Assembly (NCBI RefSeq): GCF_032191835.1
Contig: NC_083238.1
Span: 26,598,001 to 26,662,000, forward strand
Reading direction: 5' to 3'
From: Heteronotia binoei
Taxonomy: Eukaryota
DNA: 64,000 bases
Below are positions 11,551 through 24,098 of this stretch, piece by piece. The notes below the pieces were generated by a model. The model was not told where the DNA came from. It searched no databases and saw only the letters and a program-made list of their open reading frames with translations. The position numbers and the translations under genes were made by a program. How positions within the stretch are numbered: the stretch's first letter is position 1; the number at the start of each line of letters is the position of its first letter.

Positions 11551-11745
11551 CTATATGGCCCAGGCTATCTTGATCTCATCAGATCTTAGAAGCTAAGCAG
11601 AGTTGGTCCTGGTTAGCATTTGGATGGGACACCACCAAGGAATATCAAAGCAGCTAGCAGAAGCAGGGAATAGCAAACCACCTCTGAACATCTCTTGCCT
11701 TGAAAACCCTATGGGGTCTCCATAAGTTGGCTGTGAATTGACAGC
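11551..11745 (+). mobile_element. 5S rRNA-derived SINE (5S-Sauria-like)
   Basis: gatctcatcagatcttagaagctaagcagagttggtcctggttagcatttggatgggacaccaccaaggaata aligns to vertebrate 5S rRNA and is followed by a Sauria/BovB-like tail. Confidence 0.85.
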
Positions 11746-12121
11746 AAAAAAAAAAGAGAAAAAAAAGTACTCCAGAGCCCTTGAGGTAACAATAATTAAT
11801 AGGGTTGCCACTTACATGGTTTTTTCAGAGGAACTTCCTAAAAATGCTCCTGACAGTAGGTCCTGACAGTATTGCTAGTGGACTACTGTGCAGTGTTCCC
11901 TTGCACAAAGCACACCAGTGCTTCATGAGGTAGTGAAGCTAGCAAGGCTAGCTGTCACTTCCTGTATCACTCCTTGGTCTGCTTTGATGCTGTCTCTCCC
12001 CTTCCCCCCACCCCAGAATGCTACTCTCAGGGGCTCTTTTCTTCCCACTAACTCCTTCTCATCCCACTTCTTTCTCTGTCTGCCACGAGGGCAAGATATG
12101 CTTTTTGAAATCAATCTTGAT

Positions 12122-12685
12122 TAAGGATGGGCATAAACTGAACCATGAATTGTGATTCGTGCTAAAAATGGCTGAGTCATAGTTCGTTCCAAATTGGTTT
12201 GTTTGATCCTACCACAGCCAAATAGAAAAATCAACCGGCCTTTTTTTTCTTGGCATGTCATTTGGTTCATATTTGGTTCGTTTTTCCAGACAGCCTGGTA
12301 TGATTCCCCTGACCCCTACACTTCTATTCAGTTTCCACTGAAACTGAGTAGAAGCTGCACCTCTGCTCTCCCTAGCACCCCCCCCCCCCAATGCTTCTGG
12401 TCAGTTTCCAATGAAACTGACTAGACAGGGGCACCTGATTTGTGGGACTGTAGCTCCAATTCACATCAAACTTGGAGAGTGGGTAGAGTCTGCTGAAGAG
12501 TTTGCTACAAGCTTGGCATCTCTAGCCCACTTGGGGGCCATTCTACACCTTCCCAAACTGAACAAACAAGCTAACCATGAATATTTGGGAAACTGAAAAA
12601 ATGCAAACCAAACCACCGAATTAGGTAACCCAACAAATCACAAAACAAAACAAACCACCATTTTCACATTCCATGCCCATTCCTA
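12122..12685. mobile_element. hAT-type MITE
   Basis: TIRs taaggatgggca / tgcccattccta; 8-bp TSD atcttgat / ctcttgat. Confidence 0.8.
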
Positions 12686-12931
12686 CTCTTGATTCCAGCT
12701 TAGATAGAACCATTTTTCTCTACCTTTCCTATACAGTATGAATTTTCTCCACAATAAAGGATTTCTCTTTCTTTTCTAAACCAAGAAGTCTTCATCCCCC
12801 TTCCACAGCTCAAATCAAACTCTTAACAGCTGGGGGAAGGAATGTTATATAAATACCCTAAATAGAAACTTTACAAATTGAGTTTTGATCTCTATTCAGG
12901 AGGTAAAGAGTAAAGTGTTGAGCTTTCTCAC

Positions 12932-13133
12932 CTCTGGAATGATGGGAGTGGGCTTCTTCTTGTCCATCTGTTTTGGCTTTAGAATCACTTTGTCTACTTC
13001 AAGCATTCCAATGGGTGTGTTTGGCTGGAATTTGATCTGCTTTTTCTCAGCTGATATCAAGTCTATCGTGTGGCTTGAAGGATTTAAACGGTATTGTGCA
13101 CAAAGGTATACTAGTAAATCCATCATCGGTTTG
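12932..13133 (-). CDS. COBLL1: COBLL1 coding exon ([29 protein letters not shown]...[10 protein letters not shown])
   Basis: Cobl-homology (ubiquitin-like fold) peptide. Acceptor ttcccttcccccag|C, donor GAG|gtgaga; 202 nt, phase 2 to phase 0. Confidence 0.96.
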
Positions 13134-14428
13134 CTGGGGGAAGGGAAAGTGAAAGTGGCTAAAGTACAAAACAACTGAAAATGTGAAAATGTAGTTGCAA
13201 TATCCTTTATCCATGACCATTTGCATTTTGAAATCCAGAGTTTTTTTCCCCCATAGGTCAATAATGACCCAAAAGTCCCTATATTGCTTCACAGTGCCAT
13301 CCTAATCAGACTACAGCTTTCTACGCTCATTGGCTTCGGCGGATTTAGAAGGGTATAGCTAGGATTGTACTACAAGTCACACTTCAGTTTACAGCAACCA
13401 TATTTGAGTAATTCTCAGATTGAGAGAAAGCCAACTGCTTTGGAATGATGTTACAAAGGAAGTTAAACAACTACAATAAAAAAGCAAAATCCAGAATTTT
13501 GTATGTATAAATTACTCTTGTTAAATATTTGGAAAATGACAGTCAATAGTAATCTTTAACCACTTTGCAGAAAAACTTTGTTAGTTCACAACATAAAATA
13601 TAACAAAACTACACACTTGTTTTATTTATGTAAAATGCTTTGTTTTGTTTATTCCCCATATAAACTATGTCACTGAGTGCCGTGACACAGAACAGAAGCA
13701 TTTCTTACACTCACTCACTTGTATGATGTCTGGAGATACAGAACTTAACAGAATGTAACATGGAGACGTGTGGTCTTCTCCATATATTCTAGGGTGCCCA
13801 ATCCCCAGTAGGAGGAAGCCCTCCCCTCACTTCGGGGTTAGCAAAACCCTAAGTCAGATCTGGAAACCCTAATATATCCTAATGTGTGCATTTCATAGCT
13901 TTGGAGGAAATGTGGAAATCTGGCCAGTGGAAGCGCGGTAATTAAGTGACACTTCCACTCAGTGCAAACCAACTAGGTTTCCACTTAACATCACTGACCT
14001 ATATCTCACCATGCTGCTCAGCAAAACTTGAAGGTTTTCCCCCAGCCTAAGAGGGCCTCTTCTGCCTCTGAAGAATCACTTAGATTAGAAGATGACTTCT
14101 AGCTTTGCTGAGAAGCATAACAGGAAGCAGGCCACTCAACACAGAAGTCACATCTGCACGTTGTGCCAAGAAAATGACACTTTTCTAAATAGGCAAAAAA
14201 AGAAGCTTTTTTTAAAAAAAAATCTTGACATTGTCCATAAAGCATGCTATTATCATTTTTAAAATCAGGACATCTTAAATACTGATCACTTTTACTGTCT
14301 GATCTTCCACTCTGCTGTTCAAAGTAAGAGGATCAGGCTTTCATTTCCTAGAAGGAGTAAATCTCTTCTGCCATCACTGAAGCTTAGTCCACCTTCCCTC
14401 ATCTAAGTAGAATCTCCCATCAGTATTT

Positions 14429-14812
14429 GAAGAAGAAGATGATATTGGATTTATATCCCGCCCTCCACTCTGAAGAGTCTCAGAGCGGCTCACAATCTCC
14501 TTTACCTTCCTCCCCCACAACAGACACCCTGTGAGGTAGATGAAGATATTGGATTTATATCCCGCCCTCCACTCCGAAGAGTCTCAGAGCGGCTCACAAT
14601 CTCCTTTCCCTTCCACCCTCACAACAGACACCCTGTGAGGTGGGTGGGGCTGGAGAGGGCTCTCACAGCAGCTGCCCTTTCAAGGACAACCTCTGCCAGA
14701 GCTATGGCTGACCCAAGGCCATGCCAGCAGGTGCAAGTGGAGGAGTGGGGAATCAAACCCGGTTCTCCCAGATAAGAGTCCGCACACTTAACCACTACAC
14801 CAAACTGGCTCT
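14429..14812 (-). mobile_element. Young Squam3-like tRNA SINE with a second appended tail
   Basis: Full copy 14541-14812 with A/B boxes, plus an extra ~110-bp tail at 14429-14540 ending in (TTC)n. Confidence 0.9.
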
Positions 14813-14859
14813 GCTTTTGTGTTACTCCATGGTACATGAGTGCCACATACGGTTGCCAG

Positions 14860-15034
14860 CAATGTTCCCTCTAAGCTAAGTTAGTGTGAGCTAGCTCATA
14901 GTTTTTTTAGCCTCCAGCTTGCACATTTTTGTTTTAGCTCAGGAAAAATGGCCCCAGGACAAACTAATTTATCACAACTTTAATGCCAGTAGCTCATGAA
15001 GTAGAATTTTTGCTCACAGCTTAGAGGAGCATTG
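14860..15034. mobile_element. hAT MITE (CAATGTTCCCTCTAAGCT family)
   Basis: TIRs caatgttccctctaagct / agcttagaggagcattg; perfect 8-bp TSD GTTGCCAG; sister copy at 58804. Confidence 0.92.
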
Positions 15035-15094
15035 GTTGCCAGGTCTGACTCAGGAAATATCTGGGGACTTTGGGGGGTGTAGCCAGAAGCAAGG

Positions 15095-15160
15095 TTATGA
15101 CAAGGGGGTTAGACTAGATGACCCCGGAGGTCCCTTCCAACTCTACGATTCTATGAAACA
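15095..15160 (+). mobile_element. CR1 3' terminal fragment
   Basis: ggggttagactagatgaccccggaggtcccttccaactctacgattctatga is a canonical CR1 3' end. Confidence 0.8.
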
Positions 15161-16814
15161 CAATAAAACTCCAAAGGGAGTACTGGCCATCACATTTAAA
15201 GGGACCGTGGTCCTTTTAAATGCCTTCCTTTCATTGGAAATAATGGGGAGATGGTAGCACCTTCTTTTGGGGCTCATAGAATTGGTCCAATCTTTTAGAA
15301 ACTTGGGGGAGGGTTGAGGAGAGGCACCAGATGCTATGCTGAAAATTTGTTGCCTTTATCTAAAAAAAAAAAACACCCCCAAGAGTTCCAAATACCCACA
15401 AATTGATTCTCCATTATACCCTATGGAAACTAATCTCCATAGGGTATAATGAAGTGCCCAGATGACACTCAACTCCCCCCCCCCAACACACTCTTTCTGA
15501 TAACCCTGAAGCAGGGGGAGGCCTTCAAACCAGGGGAACTCCTCCTCCCAACTGGGAATTGGCAACCCTAGCCTTTCAGAGACAGGCATCATATGCTGGG
15601 TGCTGCAAAAACTCTTTGTACCTGTGTAGAATCATGAGATAGCTGATGCCCTGAAGCCTGCTCCATAGAAGTCTAAGCTCCAGATATGGGCACTTTACAA
15701 ATCAGATTAAACAAAGGCATGTTAACTTAGATGATTTCTGTACTATAAGGCCCTACACCTGATTTACTGTACATGGTACATGGGCAATCTATTACTGCTT
15801 TAAATGGCAAAGCACAAAAAAAAATGAAAAACGTTTGCAAAAAGATGTTCCTTACGCATTTAGAATTCCAGACATCTTTGTTCCCTCTATAACTTAAAAG
15901 CTCTATCTGCCACAGGTCTCTCCCTCTCACATTCATATATGACCTTTCATGTCCTTTAGGTTCCAGGCCAAAACATAACTTTTAATTCAGGCTTTTAATT
16001 AGTGGTTTTATCTATCCCACTTTTTAATGGTCTGAAGTTAGTCTTAACGGTAGTTTTATCCATTTATCCATTATCCATTTTAAGCTCTTTGTGTCCATGG
16101 GCTTGTTCTAATGGCTTGTTGCCTTAATGTTGGTAATATTTTAACTGTGAGCCACTTCAAGTAGTATTCTGAAGAGATGTGTGTATGCATTGATAGGCAT
16201 GCCCCAATGCATTCAAAATACTTAACCATGGCAAGATTTACATGCAATGACAAACATGGATTCATAGGAGGCAACTCAGATTGCTGCATTTGTGCATATT
16301 ATATTTGATTACAAAATACACAGAAAGGGATTATATATTCACAGTCACAAATCAACCAATTAAAAATATCATTCAATGATTACAATAAATCCTTAGGAAT
16401 ATTGTTGGTGTCTGAAAGAATCCCCAAAGTCCAGAAGAAAAACTCAGAAATTTAGAAGAACCACCCAGAAATTTCAGCAATTTATTTTCTACCAATGGAC
16501 TGTATCCAATTCTTATTACTTAGAAATTAATTCAAAGGACACCAATAGGAAAATTACCACCACAGTAATTTGATCTGCTGTTTAATTTCATTCTTCCATG
16601 TCACATCTCTATGCCATTCCAATATTCTGGATTCAATCCTCACATAAAGATAGAGTTTAGGTGCTTGAATAAAGATGTAGAAAAAAATGTGCTTGAATCA
16701 AGATGTAGAAAAAAACAGTTGGTCACACGGGAGGGTTGGTTATTCATAGGGTTCGTTCTTCATAGGACTCATGATCTGGTGCAAAATGTAAAGATTTATT
16801 GCACCAACTGGGAA

Positions 16815-17510
16815 CAGTGACCACAATGCTTTATTAAGTTCATGATTCATGTCAATTGAAAGCTACTCCTAAAACCAATTATACTAATTTCAAAAAAAGG
16901 AAACATTACAAAAATGAGGAGGCTAGTTAGAAGGAAACTAAAAGGGAGACTGAAGAAAATCAAATTTATAGCAAATACCTGGAAGATGTTTAAGCTACAG
17001 TAACTGAAGCACAGGTAGAATACATTTCCCACATTAGGACAGGTCCAAGCCTAAAAAAGGGGCCTGCCTAGTTAATGACCCACTTCAAGGAATCCATAAA
17101 AGGCATAAAGGCTTCTTTTAAAAAGGGGAAGGTCTGCCCCAATGAAGTGAACAGAAGGGACCACAGACTCAGAAAAAAAAAAGTGTAAATTAATAATTAC
17201 TAAGCATAAAGAGAATCTGAGGAGTGGGTTGATAAATGCATGAAGATAAACCATACACATTTCTTTAAATATATCTGGAGTAAGAAACCAGTCAGAGAAC
17301 AGTTGAATCTTTGGAAGATGAAGATATGACAAAGAAACTAGAGGAAGTATTTGCATCTGTGTTCACTGTGGGGCATTTACCCAGGTCAGATTAACTATTT
17401 TCTGGAACAGACTTTGAGGAACTGAGTCAAGTTGAGGTGAAGAGAGATAAGTTCTATACCTAACAAGAAATTAAACACCAATAAGTCTCTGGGTCCTGAC
17501 AGCATTAGGG
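16815..17510 (+). mobile_element. Old CR1 ORF2 fragment (decayed)
   Basis: Remnant motifs G-SDH, F-KMR-LV, FASVFT and KSLGPDSI. Confidence 0.65.
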
Positions 17511-17829
17511 GTGTGTGCTGTGTATAAACAAAGCTGGAAACATACCTGATAAATACCTTTGGGATTTTTTGGGCCCCCAGATAGCTGTAGTTACAGGGCA
17601 TTTAAAGGGCTCTCAGTCCTTTTAAATGCCTTCAGAGTGAACTTTCAGCAAGGCATTTCAGAGTTCACTTGCCAGGGCTTGGAGAAGGCATTCTCCCTCT
17701 TCATTGTAAACAATGGCGTATGGATGTAACTAGTCACAAAAATCACGTTTTTATATATTACATTTATCTATTTATATAAAAACAAAAATTAATATATAGA
17801 TATATATGTAATATTTATATTTATTCATT

Positions 17830-18035
17830 TACTTGATTTATGCCCTGCATTCCTCACAAAGGGGACCCAAAGTAGCCTACATCATACTCTTCTCCATTTT
17901 ATCCTCACAACAATTCTGTGAGGTAAGTTAGGCTGAGAATTTGTGACAGGCCCGTGATCACACAGAAAGATTCCACTGCAGAGTGGGGCATCAAACCTGG
18001 GTCTCCCAGATCCTAATTTGAAACTCTAAGACCAT
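17830..18035 (-). mobile_element. Old MIR/Squam3-like SINE
   Basis: atcctcacaacaattctgtgaggtaagttaggctgaga core and reversed B box. Confidence 0.65.
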
Positions 18036-18052
18036 ACTATCGTTCAGGGTGA

Positions 18053-18738
18053 CATAAGAACATAAGAGAAGCCACGTTGGATCAGGCCAACGGCCCATCC
18101 AGTCCAACACTCTGTGTCACACAGTGGCCAAAAATTTTATATATACACACACACTGTAGCTAATAGCCACTGATGGACCTGTGCTCCATATTTTTATCTA
18201 AACCCCTCTTGAAGGTGGCTATACTTGTGGCTGCCACCACCTCCTGTGGCAGTGGATTCCACATGTTAATCACCCTTTGGGTGAAGAAGTACTTCCTTTT
18301 ATCCGTTTTAACCTGTCTGATCAGCAATTTCATCGAATGCCCACGAGTTCTTGTATTGTGAGAAAGGGAGAAAAGTACTTCTTTCTCTACTTTCTCCATC
18401 CCATGCATTATCTTGTAAACCTCTATCATGTCACCCCGCAGTCGACGTTTCTCCAAGCTAAAGAGCCCCAAGCGTTTCAACCTTTCTTCATAGGGAAAGT
18501 GTTCCAGCCCTTTAATCATTCTAGCTGCCCTTTTCTGGACTTTCTCCAATGCTATAATATCCTTTTTGAGGTGCGGCGACCAGAACTGCACACAGTACTC
18601 CAAATGAGACCGCACCATCGATTTATACAGGGGCATTATGATACTGGCTGATTTGTTTTCAATTCCCTTCCTAATAATTCCCAGCATGGCGTTGGCCTTT
18701 TTTATTGCAAACGCACTCTGTCTTGACATTTTCAGTGA
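18053..18738 (-). mobile_element. Young CR1 LINE 3' fragment
   Basis: Uninterrupted 189-aa RT C-terminus (HLEYCVQFWSP...LEKVQKRAARMI...LFSLEKRRLRGDMIE...FFTQRVINMWNPLP) and a (CTTATGTT)n tail. Confidence 0.95.
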
Positions 18739-21730
18739 AAGTGGCTGTTGTTGAACGTGAACAAGCAGCTAGGCGTGGATGAGTCATGCCATTTGCATGG
18801 TACAAGTTACCAGGTAGTTGCTTGTGGGCTTGGCTCTGATGAGTCCTCCCCTCAAAAGCCGAAGCAACCCTGGAAAGGCCCTGCCCTCTCTCTCAGCCTT
18901 TTACTAAGAGAAATCAAGCCCTGAAGGCTGGCTATTCTATGTGGCTGCATAACAGCATCTACTGGGGGCATCTGTTTCTTAAAGCTATAGGAACTCCCTG
19001 AAATTTTGGGAGCGTTTAACTCCCCGATGTTTAATGTTTTTTACATTTCAGATTTTTCTACAAACCTCAAGCTTTCCAGACATGTCTTGTGAGTTCTTGG
19101 CTCCAATCTTAAGATTTAAATATCCACAGATTTGGCCATGTTGAGAATTACTAGATATACTGTCAGAGATAGCATTACTGACCAGCACGCTGGATTTCAT
19201 GGATATTTCATCCAACATGAAGAAATCGAACTCAATTGGCCACTGAGTCTTCCAGACCCTACTCTCTTAGGGCACCCTGCTCCTCTTCCTTTTTTGGGGG
19301 GGCTTTATAGTCCATCTGCAAGATAATTATAACCTGCTTTCGGGACTTGACTCACAGTCTGAGAACCAATGAAACAGACAAGTCTTCTGCTTTAAAAGTC
19401 AGTATTTTCTTTTTTCTTGATATAAATTTGTAGATTAGAGTAAATAATGAAAAGGAGCAAACAGAAGGCATACATCTAAGTACAAACTAGAAGTAACATC
19501 ACACAAAGATGCCTGAAAACATGCATAAGATAAAATGCTGTAGAACGCACAAAGTTATTTTAAAAATCCCCACTTAGTAGTTCTGCACAGTAGCACTCAA
19601 CACAGAAGCTTTACTCTGTAGCTTTTAAGTTGCTCTTCGGTCAACCCTGATAATGAATAACGGAGATTATGATGAAATAAACTTTCCACCTCCTAACTGG
19701 AGCAGCTTACACAACATCTCTATGAATTATAAAAGGGTCCTGTTGAATGAAAGACTCAACAGAACGCGTCACAGAAAAGATTACTAAGTTGCATAAAAAG
19801 GATTGCCTTAAAAAATTACATGCATTTCCTTCTCTGGGCCTCCCCTAAGCTATCATTTTTGGTTAACTGCCGTGTGAGGTAGCCACATGACGGCTAGCAG
19901 GTCTCCTTGTTATATTACTAAAAGTCTGAGGTTCACAGCTCATTTGGCCCAATGTATAAAAACTTCTTCTAAAATGCCCAGTTCTAAATTGCAAAACTGG
20001 TCTTCCTGAAATATTTCACCACAAACTACAGTAATTAACTGGTCAGCCTCTTTTTCTAGACACTGGTATACAAACAAAGAAGGACATGCCAAATAAAATG
20101 GTTGCATTTAAAAAAAAAACTTGCTGACATATCTTATTAGATTCTTAGTGCCTGACTGCAACTTACTTGCTTGACTTTAGAAAAATGTTAGGATATATAT
20201 CTAATTTTTGGTGTTTGAAAACCAGGGACCACCCAGATGCAATTGAAGACTAGGAAAATATACACATAGCCTCTTTGTTTCCACTAGGCAGACTGTAAAA
20301 TAGCAAACCAGCACTATCACCGCTGTGAACGCTGCATCATTTCTTGTAAGCCTTTACCACACTGAACTTAAATGACTTCTGCGCATAGGCTACCCTTTGT
20401 TGCAAGATCTTTGGACTTAGGATGCTATCACATCAATTTTTATTCAAAATGTTCTAAGTCTAAGGCTAGTTTCTAAATCTAAATCTAAGGCTAGTTTCAA
20501 AACAAGCAAATTATTTTTAACTTGAATACAGAACATGCATCAAATAAATATTTCCTAACTGTATTACTATCAGTTCACAATCTGAGCTTCATAAGAGCTA
20601 AAACATACAGAAATCTCATCTGCGGAACAGATTTTTTCATTTTAGTACCTATTGCTAAGTAGACTGTATTCAAAACAGTCTAGCAACCTGCCAATCACAC
20701 AGATACATATAGAGTTGTGCATAAACAACCCAGTGCATCAGAAGTGCATGACACTATTTTCTAGTTGGCTTCAAAATTTTGCATGCTTTGGATAATTAAT
20801 TGGATGCTGTTTGCAGTAAATTATGGATAGAACATGGATATCAAAATGGGCTGATGTGATTGAGTCATCAGCTACACACTGGTGAGGCGGAACTATTTAT
20901 TCATTACATATTTATCCTGTCAGGCTTACATCACGGAACTCAAGGCAAAATAGGTAAGATTCCCTGAAGGAATTTTACCATACATCTTTAGCAAGACTGC
21001 CATGATGTGATTTTCAATCACTCCCTGTGACTGGTTCTTAAACATTGAAGTAAAGTCTTGTTCTCAAAAATATGCCTATTAATGGCTGCAGTACTGAAGG
21101 AATGGCAAATGGTTATTAGAGAATAAGAAATCTTCTTTTGAAATAACTGACTTAAAGATAGACTAACATGCTAATCAGATCTTATGTTCTTGTTTATCTT
21201 TTTCTTTGAAGGCCTAAAATTTTAATTGCAGACCATCATTATTTTTAGATAATAAACACAACCTATTAGGGATGGGCATGAAAGCCATCACAAACCTAAA
21301 TTTATCACAAAAATTGCCTGGTTCATGAGCTGAGAATGATGTGACCGCATCTGCAACAAACCTCCCACAAAGTTAAACGGTTTTAATGGAAGTTTGTGCA
21401 GTTCGTGTTGGTGGTTTGTGCAGCAGACACACCAGCACCAATCAATTAATTGTCAAATCAATGGGAAGGATGGACTTCTAGAGCCCTTCTGCAGCCCTGG
21501 AAACACAAACTGTGGCCTCCAAAGCTCGACAGGCTGTGCTTGTGCCAGCAAGAGAGCTCTCATTCTGTTCTATTACCCCAAATTCTCATGCAGCTGTTTT
21601 AACTTTGCAGCAGGCAGTTAGGTAGAGAGAGAGTTAGAGGCAGAGAGGAAAGGCAACTGAAAGTTACTCCTCAGCATGAAAACAGTAGAGGTGGGAGTAA
21701 CTGATGATTACTCAAGGCTTTGAGACAACT

Positions 21731-22559
21731 GTCCTTCTGCTCAAGCTGAGCAGAGGGCTCGGTCAGTGGGTTCCTCGACTAAGGATCCACACTCCCCCTC
21801 AGTGAGATTTCTGAACCCTCAATTTCTTCCCTCCCTTTCCGTTTGAGCCCTTGGATCCTTGACTTCTACACATCTAGACACTCTGCCCCCCTTGGCTTAG
21901 CATCATCAGCTGCCCTTGCTGTGCCTGCCCCTCATCTTGGTTTCCCAACTTGTCCAGGGACCTCCCAGGTGGACCTGGACTCCAGAGAACCAAGAAAGGC
22001 AGGTCAACATGCAGAAACATCAGGGGAAGGAAACCTGAAGGCTGTAGCAACCCCTACATCCTGGCGAGATGGAAGACCGCTGCCCGTGGAACAGACTGGT
22101 GGCACTGGGACCACCTTCAAACATCTACCTGAAGAACCAAACTTGAAGGCAGGGTCTACAGAGGAATCACTGCCAAGGGAGCAAAGCAGGCCTCCAACCC
22201 ACCCTCCAATGAGTCGCTCGGGGAAGGTCGGGAACACCTGGTGCACCATTCCTCTCCATGGCCACGACTCAGTCTGTCTGGAGACACCTGAACCAGGGAG
22301 GCAGGACTGACTGAGGGATCAGTGAAATAATGACATGAACTGGGGAACATGTACAGAGGAAATACATACTCTGCCTTAGCTGTCTGGTTAGAGAGTAGTG
22401 CCATTCAGACTCACACACCCCATGGCCTCCAGAACCCAAACTTTTCTTGAGCTGTGCCCTGTAGTTCAGCTCAAAGACTGTATAATTCTCTGGAGTATTA
22501 AAAACCCCTCTTTGTATATTGTATCTGAACTCAAGGCTTGGATGAACGGCAGAGAAACA
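21731..22559 (+). mobile_element. Putative solo LTR
   Basis: TG...CA ends with imperfect terminal inverted repeats (tgtccttctgc / gcagagaaaca), GC-rich body, ATTAAA ~60 nt before the end. No matching TSD was found. Confidence 0.4.
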
Positions 22560-22774
22560 CTTTCATTTTGAGCCAAAAAAATAAATTTCAAATCAGTTCT
22601 AGATTATATTTTAATAATTTTATGTACATGAAGCAGCATCTGTGCCCCTCTGGATCACAACAAATATGGGTTTGCATATCCACCACTGATAGTTTATTCA
22701 TGTCTTTGTCATTCTAGCCTGGAAAGTTACCACAACTACAACCAGGAAGTATTTAGAAACTTTCTTCAACATAC

Positions 22775-22960
22775 TTGCCATTAATAGAAGTAGACTTGAT
22801 CACTTCGCCCGGAAGAACCACAGACAACTCGATGTCTCTGTCAATGATATTCTCTTTTTGTTCCATGGTGAAGTTAATTAGTTCTGAATCATCAAATGAA
22901 GAAAACTCAGTACTTTTTCTCTCAGGTGGAGGGAGAGGAGCTTTCGGCTTTTCTTTTCTT
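22775..22960 (-). CDS. COBLL1: COBLL1 coding exon (RKEKPKAPLPPP...MEQKENIIDRDIELSVVLPGEVIKSTSING)
   Basis: Peptide matches the vertebrate COBLL1 N-terminus as recalled. Acceptor ttttctattttag|A, donor AA|gtatgt; 186 nt, phase 2 to phase 2, joining the next exon in frame (AA+C = Asn). Confidence 0.95.
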
Positions 22961-23917
22961 CTAAAATAGAAAAAAAAATGGGGTAAGAATCCCTTTAGTA
23001 AAAAGTAAACGAAACCTATTTTTACAAACAGAACAAAGTGGCCAAGTAATTCAAGGACTGTTTCACAAAGCATCCCAAGGGAAAGTTTTCTGAACAGCAA
23101 TGAAATAATTTTTGCCACTCTTAATCATTTGATCTTTTTTTCCTGTCTTACACAATTGCCTTTTCTTTGAAACTTTACAATTAAACATTTGTCTTGATGA
23201 AATTGCCCAGGCCATTATTTATTGTATTTATGTTCATATCTGGATTTACCAAGATGAGAGAATTTATATTGATTCTGTCACTTACTCAAGTCTGATTTTG
23301 AACTGGGATTCTGATGTTTGAAACAAATTTGTACAATCTGAAAAGAAATCTGAACACCCTACTAAAGTATAGGTAATACCTCCACATGAAATAAGCATAC
23401 ATTCTCCTCTGCTCTTAAATGTGGCCTTTTTGTTACCATATTCCTTCCTTCCTCCATCCATCCATCCATCCTCTTCAGATAGACAAAATATAACATCATA
23501 AAACTTATGTAAAGTAAATAGGAAGAAAACATTATTTAAAAGTAAGATTATTAGAGACACATAGGCCTATTACGCATTTTGTGTTTTCCCTCACATTCAC
23601 TGTGCATGTCCCCTGGGTTTTCTTTGTCATTCTGCATTCATTTTCCTTCCTTCCATGCTCAGTTCTCTTTCTGGTTGCTGTTCCCCCATTATTTTTAAAA
23701 GAGTCCTTTATGCTGTCCCCCCCCCCCTTGTTTTGCTTCCAAGCCAAAGGTAATTCAAAAACATACAGATTCCCTCAGATTTCCCCCCTTGCACTTTTGC
23801 TACCCCTCAAAGGTCACTCTCTACCTACATCAAGGTCATTCCACCCACTCTGCACCTTCCACCATCCCCTCCCCCTTTATCAGTGTACAAGCTCTATTTC
23901 CCTCTCGCTTTTTTAAA

Positions 23918-24098
23918 GTGCATGAAGCAGCATCTGTGCCCCTCTGGATCACAACAAATATGTGTTTGCATATCCACCACTGATAGTTTATTTGTGTCTT
24001 TGTCATTCTAGCCTGGAAAGTTACCACAACTACAACCAGAAGTATTTAGAAACTTTCTTCAACATACTTGCCATTAATAGAAGTAGATTTGATCACTT
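23918..24098 (-). repeat. Direct duplicate of 22624-22805 (COBLL1 exon 3' end, donor and ~150 nt of intron)
   Basis: Manual alignment gives 5 substitutions and one 1-nt deletion over ~182 bp. Confidence 0.95.

Larger units (their letters stand above)
14848..15570. mobile_element. hAT (TAGGGTTGCCA-terminated) MITE hosting two nested insertions
   Basis: Ends tacggttgcca / tggcaacccta; contains a MITE at 14860-15034 and a CR1 tail at ~15095-15160. Confidence 0.7.

Noticed and set aside
11551-11650. Functional 5S rRNA gene
   Set aside because: It is diverged, truncated and fused to a SINE tail with no T-run terminator at the 5S end.
18791-18798. Link between this octamer and human COBLL1 metabolic-trait enhancer variants
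   Set aside because: Orthology cannot be established from this sequence alone.
21843-22310. 155-aa plus-strand ORF as a novel gene
   Set aside because: It lies within a putative LTR, has no recognisable domain and has no splice context.
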